A stretch of DNA of 50,637 bases from a virus (taxonomy: Duplodnaviria > Caudoviricetes): IMG/VR virus record IMGVR_UViG_3300036815_000220, positions 1-50,637 of that record, one strand, 5' to 3'. Under the pieces are notes generated by a model that worked only from the letters and a program-made list of their open reading frames with translations, was not told the origin of the DNA and did no database searches. The position numbers were made by a program, and so were the translations under genes. Shown one piece after another: positions 32,609 through 42,816 of this stretch. Position 1 is the first letter of the stretch. Every line of letters begins with the position of its first letter.

Positions 32609-33066
32609 TGGGCCGGCTGGACAAGCTGGCCTACGACACCGCCATGCACCTGGTCGCCATGCACGGCAGGTTCGACGCGCTCGGCTGGACAGAGCCGGCA
32701 CTGGGAGCCGAGCACTACTCCCAGCACTTCAGCCCGGACGGCGGGAAGATCCCGCCGAAGGGCGTCTGGACTCACCAGTTCGACGACCTCTCCTACGACC
32801 CGGAGGACGTCGAGCAGGTCCTGGAGGAGGCCGAGCACCCGCACCCGGCCCTCATGCCGCCGGACTTCGCCCGGAACAGCAGCGCCCGGGTGCTGGCCAT
32901 GCACCTGGTGGACCTGCACCGCAACGAGGCAGCCCTGGGCAACGACGCGGCCACGAACATCGACCTCCACCACTGGGAGCACCACGGCCCGGGAGGACTG
33001 CGTAACCACCGATACACCGACTTGTCCTACGGCAGGGACAGGGCGGCCGGGACCCGGGAGGGCTAA
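32608..33066 (+). CDS. His-rich protein with internal duplication
   Basis: two AMHLV..H....H..(Q/E)H.....H...DLSY units. Confidence 0.7.
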   Translation: MGRLDKLAYDTAMHLVAMHGRFDALGWTEPALGAEHYSQHFSPDGGKIPPKGVWTHQFDDLSYDPEDVEQVLEEAEHPHPALMPPDFARNSSARVLAMHLVDLHRNEAALGNDAATNIDLHHWEHHGPGGLRNHRYTDLSYGRDRAAGTREG

Positions 33067-33512
33067 TGCCACTGGCTATCGGCGTCATCGCCGCTCTCAT
33101 GCTGCTCGCGTGGGGCGGCGTGGAGCTGGACCACGTGATCCACGCCTACCCGGGGCAGTTCTGGATGGGCGTCTTCGCTTTCCTGGTCGTCACCTTCGCC
33201 CTGGCCGCTGCGAAGTTCCGCAAGGCGAACGAGCGGGTGCCGCTCCGGCCGGCTGCGCCCCCGCTGCCGCCAGCCATCCAGGCGAAGCCCGAGCAGCCGG
33301 CGCTGAACGCCGCGCCCGTGCTGCGCGCTGTCGCAGCGCCGGGTGCCGAGGACGCCGCCGGCTGCGAAGGGCCGTCCTGCGACAGCAAGGTGAACGACGA
33401 CCCCTGGATCGCCCGGGTGCACGGAGAGGAGCGGGAGCATGTCTTCTGCTCGGAGGCCTGCATCCGGGAGTGGCAGCAGGCGAACCGCCCGTGGGAGGCC
33501 CGCCGGTCTTAG
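33066..33512 (+). CDS. membrane protein with C-terminal Zn/TRASH-like motif
   Basis: two TM segments; C....C...HVFCSEAC. Confidence 0.7.
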   Translation: MPLAIGVIAALMLLAWGGVELDHVIHAYPGQFWMGVFAFLVVTFALAAAKFRKANERVPLRPAAPPLPPAIQAKPEQPALNAAPVLRAVAAPGAEDAAGCEGPSCDSKVNDDPWIARVHGEEREHVFCSEACIREWQQANRPWEARRS

Positions 33513-34870
33513 GAGCCGTAGGTCGGCGCGTAGTTGTTGCCGTGGGCCAGCATGATCGCGCTGTTCGTGACCCCGGTCGGGAACCCCGATCCTGCTGACC
33601 CGCCGGTCGCCCCGTGGAAGATCCCTGTGGTGTAGCCCCAGGCGAGCCCGTTGGCGACGAGGATCGGCTGGCTGTAGGTGGCGTTGGTGAAGTAGATCCC
33701 GTAGTTCGGGGCCATGCTCCCGCTGCCCCCGTCGCCGATGCTCGGCATGGTGGAGAACCCGCTGATGATGATCGGCAGGGTGGTCGCCCCGATGCCGATC
33801 CCGGCGTAGGTCCCGGTGCCGATCGAGGACTGGCCCTGGCCGTCGCGCCGGAAGTGGCAGCCGATGACGTTGACGATGCCCGGCCCGGTCCCCGCGCCGC
33901 CCCCGGTGGTCCAGGTGGCGTCGCAGTAGAGGCCGTAGTGGGAGTTGGCGTCGGTTGAGCAGCCGATGAACTGGCAGCCTCCGGTGAACCACTGCCAGTC
34001 TCCGGTGATGCTGAAGCCGTTTGTAGAGTTCCACTCAGCGTTACATGAGATGAACTTAGTGTTGTCGCAGCCGTTGATCTGGAACCCGGGGCCGGTATTG
34101 TTCCCGATTGAGTAGCACCCGAGGAAAACACTGTCCTCGCAGCCGTTGAGGTTGAAACCCCCTCCGCCGACGACACCGCACGAGTTTGCCTGGACATTTG
34201 TCCACGTCTGCCCGAACGGGAAGCTCTGCGCCATGCTGCTGTCCACGCCCGAGGCGTTGATCGCCCATCCGCTCATCCGCGCGATCCGGATGTTCTCGAA
34301 CGTGCACATCGTCGGCCCGTAAAGGTAGATCCCGTCGATCGCCCCGGTCTGGTGGCTGGCTCCCGTCGCCCCGCCGTCGATGAAGATATCGCTGACGATC
34401 GCGCCGTTGGTCCCGGTGAAGCCGGTGACGTGAGGAGTGTCCTTGCAGCCGAAGACGTAGGTGTCGGTGAACGTCAGCGGGACCTGGAACACCGACCCGA
34501 TGTACTGCCCGGTGACGTCGCCGCCCATCGCCCCGCTGCCCTTCATCACCAGGTTGTACGGCAGGTCCTGGTGGGCGGTCATCCTGTAGTAGCCGGGCGG
34601 GACCGTCAAGCCGAACGGGGCGGGCTGCGCCGCCGTCGCCGCCGAGCAGGCACTGGCGAGCGGCGTCGCGATCGACGTCGCGCCCGTCGGGTCGGCCCCG
34701 TAGTCGCGCACCAGGTTCGCCCAGCCGGTGACCGTCTTGCCGACCGAGGCGATCGTCACCTTCTTGTCGGTGCCGGTCGAGGCCATCGTGTGGTCGGCGG
34801 TGTCCAGCTCCATCAGGTACTTGGAGCCCGTGGGCGTCGCGTCGGTCGTCAGGCCGCTCATCTCGGTCAC
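33509..34870 (-). CDS. right-handed beta-helix (pectate-lyase-like) virion protein
   Basis: NLVRDYGADPTG, VPPGYY and repeated F.GC...N..GF.I; ggagg RBS before GTG 34870. Confidence 0.82.
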   Translation of the reverse strand: MTEMSGLTTDATPTGSKYLMELDTADHTMASTGTDKKVTIASVGKTVTGWANLVRDYGADPTGATSIATPLASACSAATAAQPAPFGLTVPPGYYRMTAHQDLPYNLVMKGSGAMGGDVTGQYIGSVFQVPLTFTDTYVFGCKDTPHVTGFTGTNGAIVSDIFIDGGATGASHQTGAIDGIYLYGPTMCTFENIRIARMSGWAINASGVDSSMAQSFPFGQTWTNVQANSCGVVGGGGFNLNGCEDSVFLGCYSIGNNTGPGFQINGCDNTKFISCNAEWNSTNGFSITGDWQWFTGGCQFIGCSTDANSHYGLYCDATWTTGGGAGTGPGIVNVIGCHFRRDGQGQSSIGTGTYAGIGIGATTLPIIISGFSTMPSIGDGGSGSMAPNYGIYFTNATYSQPILVANGLAWGYTTGIFHGATGGSAGSGFPTGVTNSAIMLAHGNNYAPTYGS

Positions 34871-35112
34871 AGCGGCTGCCTCCACCAGATATGGGCCGTG
34901 ATCACGACCACGAACAGGAGCCACGCCAGGAGGCTGTTCCACCAGGCGAGACCGTGGACGTCCGGGCTGAGCGCAATGTCGATGTGCAGCTCGTGCCAGC
35001 AGTAGTAGCTGAGCGTGTTCCTCACATCGGTGAACAGCGCGTACAGCTCGGGACTCAGGAAGGCGAGCGCCGCGACGGCCAGGCTCCAAGGCCAGTAGAC
35101 GTAACCCCACAC
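34867..35112 (-). CDS. small membrane protein
   Basis: two hydrophobic segments around an NTLS motif; ggagg RBS. Confidence 0.7.
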   Translation of the reverse strand: MWGYVYWPWSLAVAALAFLSPELYALFTDVRNTLSYYCWHELHIDIALSPDVHGLAWWNSLLAWLLFVVVITAHIWWRQPL

Positions 35113-35768
35113 GAAAGACCTCCCAGGTCTTCCGGGCTAGAAAAGACGGGAGGCTCTGCGCCCGGGGCGAACGGCACGTGAAACTGGACTGGCTGCTGCC
35201 CGGCCTCCCAGGAGAAGACGGACATGATCCCGTCCATCAGCGGGAGGGTGCCGGGCGCTCCGTAGTCGTGCAGGTGCCTCACTGTGCCGTGCACGTGCCT
35301 GCTGAACCCGGCCGCCTCCAGGATGTCCGCGAGGATGATGTCCAGGTGCCACCAGCACCCCCTGCCGTGGCACGCCCCGCAGTGTGCCCACCGCTCCTCG
35401 GCGAGGTCCAGGTTGACGGCCCGCTGGAGTCCGGCGCTGAACCGCGTGAAGCCGAGGGACCTGTCCAGCAGTTTGCAGCCGAATGCCTCGTAGGAGTACA
35501 GGCACCACGGCTCCGGGCAGTACTCCAGGGCGGCAGCCATGCCGGGTCCGGGCTCGATGTCATGCTCGACTACCAGGAGATCCTCAGCGCCCTGCCAGCG
35601 GGCTCGGATCTCCCGCCAGTAAGCGAAGTCGTTCCCGCCGACGTCGGCCAGTTCGACGCCCGGGACGTGCTCCCTGACAGCGCGCAGGGCGTCCCGCTTG
35701 GCGGAGTGGAGGTAGCTTTTGCCGTCCGCAGCAGGATCGTGAACGGTATAGCAGCACAGGGAGCGCAC
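35055..35768 (-). CDS. putative GT-A-fold glycosyltransferase-like protein
   Basis: LLVVEHDI (DxD-like), LGFTRFS and WWHLD motifs. Confidence 0.5.
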   Translation of the reverse strand: MRSLCCYTVHDPAADGKSYLHSAKRDALRAVREHVPGVELADVGGNDFAYWREIRARWQGAEDLLVVEHDIEPGPGMAAALEYCPEPWCLYSYEAFGCKLLDRSLGFTRFSAGLQRAVNLDLAEERWAHCGACHGRGCWWHLDIILADILEAAGFSRHVHGTVRHLHDYGAPGTLPLMDGIMSVFSWEAGQQPVQFHVPFAPGAEPPVFSSPEDLGGLSCGVTSTGLGAWPSRRSPS

Positions 35769-35769
35769 G

Positions 35770-38700
35770 TCAGGTCCAGCTCCCGGCACTGGTGACCGTA
35801 TTGCTTCCGACGGGCCAGCAGCGGAAGAACGAGTTCGTCCCGACGGCAGCGGTCGTGGTCGAGACGCCGAGGGCTACCTCCGGGATGAGCGTGCCGGCCG
35901 CGTTGACGCGGACGGTGCCCTTGATCCGGGCGGTCGCAGTGGTCAGGCCGGTGGTAGTCGCTGCCGTCCACAGCGACTGGGCGGTCGCAGCGGTCCCTTC
36001 CACCATCTGCGGGGCGACCGGGGTGGTCAGGCTCGCGCTCTTCTGCGTCACCGCCGTGTACTTGATGGATGTGAGTGTGGCCGTGCCGCCGAAGCCGAAG
36101 GAGACAGTTCCGGAAGCCGACGCTACAGACGACAGGTCAAACTGGCACTCGAAGAAGTACGTCGTTGACGCCGCGACGGTAAGGGCACCTGCCGTGGTCG
36201 CGTTGAACAGCTTCTGGAGCGCGGTGCCGGAAGCTAGCGTATAAGGGGTGGTAAGTGCTGTGAACTGCTCGATGTCCGGTATCAGGTTGTGCGTGCCGGA
36301 CAGGCTGCGCGACGTGGTGCACCCGGTGAGCAGGTTCCCCGTGTAGGAGTTGTAGTCGCCGCCGCCGTCTTCCTGGATGCCTGTTTCCCAGGTGTAAACC
36401 CGGTTTCCGGTCACGGCGATCCCCGTGGTGGCCGTGACCTCGGTGAGCAGCCGGATGCCGATTCCCCCGGACACCGGCCCGGCCGGGCCGGGGATGGTGT
36501 TTTCCGAGATCACGCCGTCGTGGCTGTCGATGACCATGATCCCGGTCGGAGGCGTACCCGTGGAACCGGCGGCGTTGATCGTGTTTCCGGTGACCTGGAA
36601 GTTGGTGACCGGCTGGGTGCCGGCGAGGCTGTCGCCGATCTGGATAGCCCGTGCGACGGCGTTGTTATACAGCGTGTTCCCGCTGATTTCGAGCGTATCG
36701 CCGTACCGGGCGTAAATGCCGTAGCCGTAGGACGTGCCGGTGATGGTGTTCCCTGACACTGTAATGTCGGCCCAGCCCTGGGCGGCGGTCCCGATGTCGC
36801 CGTAGTCCAGGAGGGAGATCGCGCCCTTGTTGCTGTTCGCCGCCGAAATAGCGTTGGCGATGATATTGCCCGTGATCGTGATGTTGTAGCTGATGGCTGA
36901 GGACACAATGAACGGGTGGGAGATGACGCCGCCGTTCTGGGCAGCCTCAATGCTGTTGCCGGTGATCGTGATGTTGTAGATGTTCGCACCGCTGAGCGCG
37001 AGATCGATCCCCCCTTCAGCCGACCGGATGACATTGTTGCTGATGATGATGTCGTGGATCGCCGAATACGACTGGAGGGCGATCCCGTCATCGCCAACAT
37101 TCGTCGTGTACGTGCCCGTGTCGATGTAGTTCCCGTCAACCACCCCGAGCGTGCATGAATCGAGGTGAATACCGTCCTGCTGGGTGGGGCTGCCCCACGA
37201 CTGCGCGGCGTTGGTCTGGCCGGACACTACGGTACATCCGGTGACCGTGAACTGACTGCACCCTTGCAGGTAAATGGTGTAGCCGACCGGGTTAATGACT
37301 TCTACGTTCTCTATCGTGAGGCCGGTGACATCGTTCAGGTGCAGCGGGGAGCACGTCTGCGTGCCCGCGATCCACGACGGCAGCGCAGTGACGCCGGTCA
37401 GGTTGCCGTCGATGGTCAGATCGCGTACCGAGATCTTGCTGGCTGTCGTGTTCCCGGCCGTCTGCATAGCTCCGACACCGTTGATGCTGTTGACCTGCGC
37501 CACCCCCGACCAGGAGCCTGACGCCATGCGGATCGTGGTGATGCCCTTGCCCGCGCCTTTCAGGGCTGTGTTGCTCGGCAGAGAGAGCGGCTGGTTGACG
37601 TAGAACAAGCCTGGCCCGAGACTGACCGGGCCTGCTGCTGTCAGCGCGGTGTTGATCGCTGCGGTGTCCTTCGCGCCCGTCGCGTCACCGGAGGGCTGGA
37701 TCACCTGCTGACCGGGGGCACCGATCCGGTACCACAGCCCGGCGAAGTAGCCCCAGGCGTAAAGAGCCATCTGGCCGGGCTGTACGACGTCACTGGTGCC
37801 GTCCGCGACATTGGATGTTCCCGGTGCGGCGAAAGTCAGAGGGTAGCTTCCTGTGTTCTGAAGGAGAGCGACCTGCCCGTCGTAGAAACCGCCCGCAAGG
37901 ATCAGCCCGTTGTACGCAGCCGACGAAGTTACCGGGATAAGAGCCGGAACGCCGTCTGTGGTGATTGTCTGCCCGTTGGCTGTAATGCTGGTCGCGGAGA
38001 CGTAGTTGCCTAGGTTCAGGCCGCCCGCGAATCCCACGTTAGTCGGGAATGCGAGCCCGCTTAGCAGCGTGTCGTCGCCGCTGATGACAAAAATACCCTG
38101 GATGTCACCACTATTATTTGAGGCGGTGAACGGCGCGGCTGCTCCGAAATTTAGCAGTCCCATACCGTTGAGGTAGTTTGCCCCCGAACCGAAAACGATG
38201 GTTTGCGGAGTGTAAGTATTTCCCCCGTTACACTCGACACCGATGTCGATGAACGAGCTGGAAATGTTACTCGCGCTGGTCTGGGCATGCCCGCTCGGAG
38301 TGGAGCCGGTGAGACGCAGAACCGTGCTGGTCAGGGACGTTGCGCTGCTGGCAAAGTTTCCTCGGTATCGGATCGAACCGTTTAGTATGAATGCTCCGTT
38401 TTGGAAAACGACCCCGTCGAACGCTGGGTTAATCTGGTTGACGTAGAGATCCAGATCGGTGCGCTCAAAGCTGCCAGTTGACGTACTCGACCCTGAACTG
38501 GGGTTATCGAACACTACATGCGTGGTGCAGTTCTGTACGCGAACACGCCCGTAAAGCTGCTCTGTCCAGTAGTACTCGTTATCGAACCAGACACCTTTCG
38601 ATGTCGTGCCTGCCGTGAAATTCTGAACTATCAGGAAAGCCGCAAGCTGGAGTATGTCCCCGGCGTGGAAAGCACAGGCGTTACCTGTGGTGCTCGTCCC

Positions 38701-39315
38701 GTCGATGAGCGGGAACCCGAGGATGCCGCCGCCTACGCCCGTGCTGGCAAAGTAGTTGGTGTCATAGAACCGGAACAGGTCGCCCGCACCCACCGCGTTG
38801 ATGATGCACCCGGTCGCATCGATGTACTGACCGGAGTGGGTGACCACGACCGTGCCGCAGGAGACGTACCACGGCGCTGTCGGGGCCAGCTTGATCACAC
38901 CGGGACTGCTGCCCAGCGCCGTGACGGCCGCCTGGATCGCCGCCGCGTCTGTCGCACCGCTCGTGACGCTGGACGGGTGGATGATTATCCCCGGCTGGAG
39001 CGCCAGAAGGCTGGCCCGGGTAAGAACCGCCTGGACGGTGAATCCTGACGAGTGAGCGACCGGGGTGGTGCCGTCCGCTCCCCTTGTCACCGTCGCGGTC
39101 GATCCGCTGATGTTCGTGACGAGGATCTTCTCCGACTCGGCACCAGGTGCGCGGTCGCACACGTAGCACTGAGTGGCAGGTGAGGCAGACGAGGAGACAG
39201 CGGGCAGGCTCGATCCGGAGAGCGTCCACGACTCCGATGTGCCGGCTGACGGAGCGGTTGTCCCGCCGGAGCTGACGACAGCGGTTGCGTCGTTCGCGAA
39301 TACCTCGACGGCCAC
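35770..39315 (-). CDS. tailspike/depolymerase-like protein with two beta-helix domains
   Basis: EKILVT..TVTRG.DGT anchor domain; two D.AAI..A...G...L.P starts; I.I.GN.I repeats; DGIH and DDGIA motifs. Confidence 0.85.
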   Translation of the reverse strand: MAVEVFANDATAVVSSGGTTAPSAGTSESWTLSGSSLPAVSSSASPATQCYVCDRAPGAESEKILVTNISGSTATVTRGADGTTPVAHSSGFTVQAVLTRASLLALQPGIIIHPSSVTSGATDAAAIQAAVTALGSSPGVIKLAPTAPWYVSCGTVVVTHSGQYIDATGCIINAVGAGDLFRFYDTNYFASTGVGGGILGFPLIDGTSTTGNACAFHAGDILQLAAFLIVQNFTAGTTSKGVWFDNEYYWTEQLYGRVRVQNCTTHVVFDNPSSGSSTSTGSFERTDLDLYVNQINPAFDGVVFQNGAFILNGSIRYRGNFASSATSLTSTVLRLTGSTPSGHAQTSASNISSSFIDIGVECNGGNTYTPQTIVFGSGANYLNGMGLLNFGAAAPFTASNNSGDIQGIFVISGDDTLLSGLAFPTNVGFAGGLNLGNYVSATSITANGQTITTDGVPALIPVTSSAAYNGLILAGGFYDGQVALLQNTGSYPLTFAAPGTSNVADGTSDVVQPGQMALYAWGYFAGLWYRIGAPGQQVIQPSGDATGAKDTAAINTALTAAGPVSLGPGLFYVNQPLSLPSNTALKGAGKGITTIRMASGSWSGVAQVNSINGVGAMQTAGNTTASKISVRDLTIDGNLTGVTALPSWIAGTQTCSPLHLNDVTGLTIENVEVINPVGYTIYLQGCSQFTVTGCTVVSGQTNAAQSWGSPTQQDGIHLDSCTLGVVDGNYIDTGTYTTNVGDDGIALQSYSAIHDIIISNNVIRSAEGGIDLALSGANIYNITITGNSIEAAQNGGVISHPFIVSSAISYNITITGNIIANAISAANSNKGAISLLDYGDIGTAAQGWADITVSGNTITGTSYGYGIYARYGDTLEISGNTLYNNAVARAIQIGDSLAGTQPVTNFQVTGNTINAAGSTGTPPTGIMVIDSHDGVISENTIPGPAGPVSGGIGIRLLTEVTATTGIAVTGNRVYTWETGIQEDGGGDYNSYTGNLLTGCTTSRSLSGTHNLIPDIEQFTALTTPYTLASGTALQKLFNATTAGALTVAASTTYFFECQFDLSSVASASGTVSFGFGGTATLTSIKYTAVTQKSASLTTPVAPQMVEGTAATAQSLWTAATTTGLTTATARIKGTVRVNAAGTLIPEVALGVSTTTAAVGTNSFFRCWPVGSNTVTSAGSWT

Positions 39316-39356
39316 CAGCGGCTCACCTCGCTCTTCCTAGCTCAGGTCTTCCGGGG

Positions 39357-42300
39357 TTAGCCCGTCACCCCGGCGAAGACGCGCCGCTGTGCCGCCTGGA
39401 ACGCCTCGTAGGCCAGGTCCGCCTGGCGTTCCGCCTCGTAGGCGTTGCCGTACAGGAACCCGGCGGTGCCGTCGGTGCCGCCGGCCTGGCGCATCATGTG
39501 CCAGTTGTCCCACTGGCGCGAGGCGTACAGCTTCAGCGCCTGGTAGGTGCTCCACAGCGCCTCCAGGTCCGGGCCGGCTACCGCTGAGCACGCCAGTGCG
39601 CCGTCAGCCGCCAGGGAGGCAGCACCGAGGCGGTTGAACGCCGAGGCGAACAGGACCGGGCGGGCGCTGAGCGGGGCCGCGCCGCGCACGGGGATGATCC
39701 CCGTGACCGCTACCGTGCCCGGTGCGGCCAGGTGTGCCGTCCCCGGCCTTGCGAGAACGACGCGAGCAGTCAGTGAGGCAGCGGCCGAGAGAGAGCTGCG
39801 GGCAGCGGCGGTCTTCAGGGCGGTACTGTTCAGCAGTCCCGGGGCAGTCCCGTGGAAAGAAGCCCGTGCCGTTACGAGGCTCCCGGTGACCAGGGAACCG
39901 GGTGCGTGCAGGGACGCAGACCCTGCCCGGCCGGCTGCCGCCGTGACGTGGAGGGAGCTGTTAGCCGCTAGCGAGGCGGCAGCGAGCCGCGTCAGGGTTC
40001 CGGAGCCGCCCAGGTGCGCCTGCGCCGCCAGGGCGGCGGCTGCCGCGACCGACCGGGCCGTGATCAGCGCTCCGGACCCCGACAGGACGGCAGCCGGCCT
40101 GAATGTCACTGACGGGGCACCCGAGAGAGAGCCGGACCCCGAGAGGACAGCCGCTCCGGGGACTCTCTTCGACGCGGACGAGGCCATCGTGCCCGTGCCG
40201 GACAGGGAGGCCGCGCCTGCCAGTGCGATAACCGGGATCGCGCCCAGCATCCCCGAACCTGAGAGTGCCGCAGCTCCGGCGGCGGTCCTGGCTCCGGCGG
40301 CCGTGACGGTGCCTGAGCCCGAGAGCAGTGCCGTGCCGGGGACCGTCTTCTGGCCTGCGGCCGTCAGCGCTCCCGACCCCGACAGGGAGGCCGACTGCAA
40401 GAGCGTGACGGCCGGGGATGCGGTGAGTGCCCCTGACCCCGACAGGGGAGCAGCGCCCGGAGCGGTCCTCTGGCTGACTGCCGAGAGGGTGCCCGGTCCC
40501 GACAGCGAGGCCGCTCCGGCAACGAACCCGCCGGAAGTCCCGGTGAGCGCGCCCGAGCCCGACAAGGCAGCAGCAACAGGTATGACCAGGTTCCCGGCTG
40601 CGCTGGCCGAGCCGCTGCCGGACAGAGAGGCAGCGCCCGGGACCAGCTTGGCTCCGGCCGCCGTGACGGTGCCCGATCCGCTGAGCGCTGCTGCTCCGGG
40701 GACCGTCTTGAGCGAGGTCCCGGACAGCGTGCCAGATCCCGAGAGCGCGGCGGCACCCGGGATGACTTTGAAAGCCGCCGGGACGAGGACCCCCAGTCCG
40801 CTGAGCGCGGCAGTGCCCGGGACCGTTTTGGCCGCAGCGGAAGCCAGCGATCCCGATCCGGACAGAGATGCGGCTCCGGGGATCAGCTTGGTCCCGGTGG
40901 AGGCGAGGCTTCCCGATCCGGACAGGGAAGCCGCTCCGGGGACCAGCTTGAATGCTGAAACGGCCAGGGACCCGGAGCCGGACAGCGCCGCGCTTCCCGG
41001 CAGGACCGCCGTTCCCGTGGCAGACAGGGACCCCGTACCCGAAAGAGACGACGCCCCCGGCTCGGACTTGGCCGCTGCCGGGGTGAGAATGCCCGAGCCG
41101 GAGAGGACGGCCGCTCCGGGGATCTTCTTGGACGCTGCCGTGCTCAGCGTGCCGGTGCCGGACAGGCTCGCAGCCCCGGCAGCGGTAACGGTCGCTCCTC
41201 CTGCCAGTGCTCCCGATCCCGTAAGAGATGCGGAGGGAGCGTACAGGAACTGCGGCCTGCCCAGGACGGCCACGCCCGGGGAGGCCAGTCCGGGCACGGC
41301 TGCGGCAGGACCCGGGGGCAGTACCGTGACCTCTGCTGACCCGAGCACCCCCGTTCCGCTCAGGGTCGCCGCGCCTGGGATTCTCTTCGAAGCGGACGCC
41401 GCCAGGGTGCCCGAACCGGACAGCGGCGCAGCCCCGGGGACTGAGACCGGCGCTGGCAGTACCTCGGCGGCCATAACGCCGTACCCGAAGACGGACGCGG
41501 CGGTTGACGTCCACCCGAAGGTGGTCGCCCCGGGGGTTACGGTGGTGCCGGCCGAGCGCCCGACGACCCCGTGGCTGCCGACGTTATCGTCGTCCCAGTC
41601 AACATCCGTCACCGTCCCGGCAATCGCGACCGGGACGGGGTGGTTGTTGTTGTTCGGGGCGGCCAGTACGAAGACGAAGCTTCCGGCCTGCGTAGTTGTC
41701 AGCGAGATCTGGTAGGTATTGGTCGAGGTGCCGACCTCGGAAAACGAATTCGTCGCCGCCGTGGACTGGTTGGACGCCTGCCCGGTGATCACGTACGGCT
41801 GGAACAGGCAGTCGGCAGCGGCTGTCGCGCCCGTACCGCTGGCCGTAATGGTGACGGTGGTCGCACCGGGGGCGGTCGCGTACTGGCGGTCGAACACCAG
41901 CAGGTAGCACCCGCCGTCCGCGTCGCCGCCCGCCAGGGTGGCCGTGTAGCTGTTGCCGTGGCTGTCAGTGCAGGTGAACGTCTTGCCGAGCTGGTCTGTC
42001 GCATCGAGCCAGGCGGCGGAGATACGGACCATGCTCCCGGCAGGGGGCGAGAACGACGTGACCGAGCTGGCAACGCCCGCTGAAGACGACACCTGGTCAG
42101 GCGTGCGGGGGCTGACGGACAGGCCGGTGCCCCCGGTGCCGCTCGCCGTCAGCGTGCCGGTGCCGGACAGGCTCGCAGCCCCGGTGAGCGTCTCGAAGAG
42201 CGCGACGGCTACACCTGTGAGGAGGTCCCCGGTGTCGCCGATGTTGGGCGACTGGGCGCTGGTCCCGCTGACGGCGGTGTTCCAGGCCATGAGGTTGCCG

Positions 42301-42776
42301 TTGGTTACGTCAACGTAGTAGGAGTAGCCCGAGGTGCTGCCTGCGCTGCCTGTTCCGTTGTCGAAGCAGGCCGACCAGTACATCTCGCCGGAGTGGGCCG
42401 GCGTGAGGGAGGGGAACGCCGCTCCTGCGTTGACGGTGGCGCTCTTGTCGAAGGTGATCGAGCTGTACCCGGCCGTCGTGGAGTACTCATGGCCGAGGAT
42501 GCGCAGGACAGGCGAGCCGGCGGCGAGGGTGACCGTGACCGTGGCGGCACTAGCGGCCGTCGCCTTGCCGATGAATACGGTGTGCGCCTGGGTGCCGATC
42601 GTCGTGTGGGCGACGAGGACGCTCCACGTGACGTTCGACGACGACAGCGCGGTCGCGTAGTCGGCGCTGGTCTCGGAGATAACCGTGACCAGGAAGAAGT
42701 TCCCGGCGGTCGCGGGAGTGAGGGACCACGACGTGGTGGTCTGGGCAAACCCGCTGCCCACGGCGGCGATGGTCAT
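39357..42776 (-). CDS. virion fibre-like protein with 20-aa GAAxLSGSGxL repeats
   Basis: two N-terminal beta-rich domains followed by a long repeat stalk. Confidence 0.8.
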   Translation of the reverse strand: MTIAAVGSGFAQTTTSWSLTPATAGNFFLVTVISETSADYATALSSSNVTWSVLVAHTTIGTQAHTVFIGKATAASAATVTVTLAAGSPVLRILGHEYSTTAGYSSITFDKSATVNAGAAFPSLTPAHSGEMYWSACFDNGTGSAGSTSGYSYYVDVTNGNLMAWNTAVSGTSAQSPNIGDTGDLLTGVAVALFETLTGAASLSGTGTLTASGTGGTGLSVSPRTPDQVSSSAGVASSVTSFSPPAGSMVRISAAWLDATDQLGKTFTCTDSHGNSYTATLAGGDADGGCYLLVFDRQYATAPGATTVTITASGTGATAAADCLFQPYVITGQASNQSTAATNSFSEVGTSTNTYQISLTTTQAGSFVFVLAAPNNNNHPVPVAIAGTVTDVDWDDDNVGSHGVVGRSAGTTVTPGATTFGWTSTAASVFGYGVMAAEVLPAPVSVPGAAPLSGSGTLAASASKRIPGAATLSGTGVLGSAEVTVLPPGPAAAVPGLASPGVAVLGRPQFLYAPSASLTGSGALAGGATVTAAGAASLSGTGTLSTAASKKIPGAAVLSGSGILTPAAAKSEPGASSLSGTGSLSATGTAVLPGSAALSGSGSLAVSAFKLVPGAASLSGSGSLASTGTKLIPGAASLSGSGSLASAAAKTVPGTAALSGLGVLVPAAFKVIPGAAALSGSGTLSGTSLKTVPGAAALSGSGTVTAAGAKLVPGAASLSGSGSASAAGNLVIPVAAALSGSGALTGTSGGFVAGAASLSGPGTLSAVSQRTAPGAAPLSGSGALTASPAVTLLQSASLSGSGALTAAGQKTVPGTALLSGSGTVTAAGARTAAGAAALSGSGMLGAIPVIALAGAASLSGTGTMASSASKRVPGAAVLSGSGSLSGAPSVTFRPAAVLSGSGALITARSVAAAAALAAQAHLGGSGTLTRLAAASLAANSSLHVTAAAGRAGSASLHAPGSLVTGSLVTARASFHGTAPGLLNSTALKTAAARSSLSAAASLTARVVLARPGTAHLAAPGTVAVTGIIPVRGAAPLSARPVLFASAFNRLGAASLAADGALACSAVAGPDLEALWSTYQALKLYASRQWDNWHMMRQAGGTDGTAGFLYGNAYEAERQADLAYEAFQAAQRRVFAGVTG
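40060..41240 (-). repeat. 60-nt-period coding tandem repeat (~20 units)
   Basis: ga(c/g)ag-type motif recurs at exactly 60-nt intervals from 40081 to 41221. Confidence 0.9.
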
Positions 42777-42816
42777 GGCTCACCCCCCGGGCGCGCAGGC
42801 CGCTACGAGGGCGCGG

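Noticed and set aside
40060-41240. Regular 60-nt periodicity as a possible CRISPR array
   Set aside because: Units are degenerate at third codon positions and encode an in-frame 20-aa repeat; no identical repeats and no cas genes.
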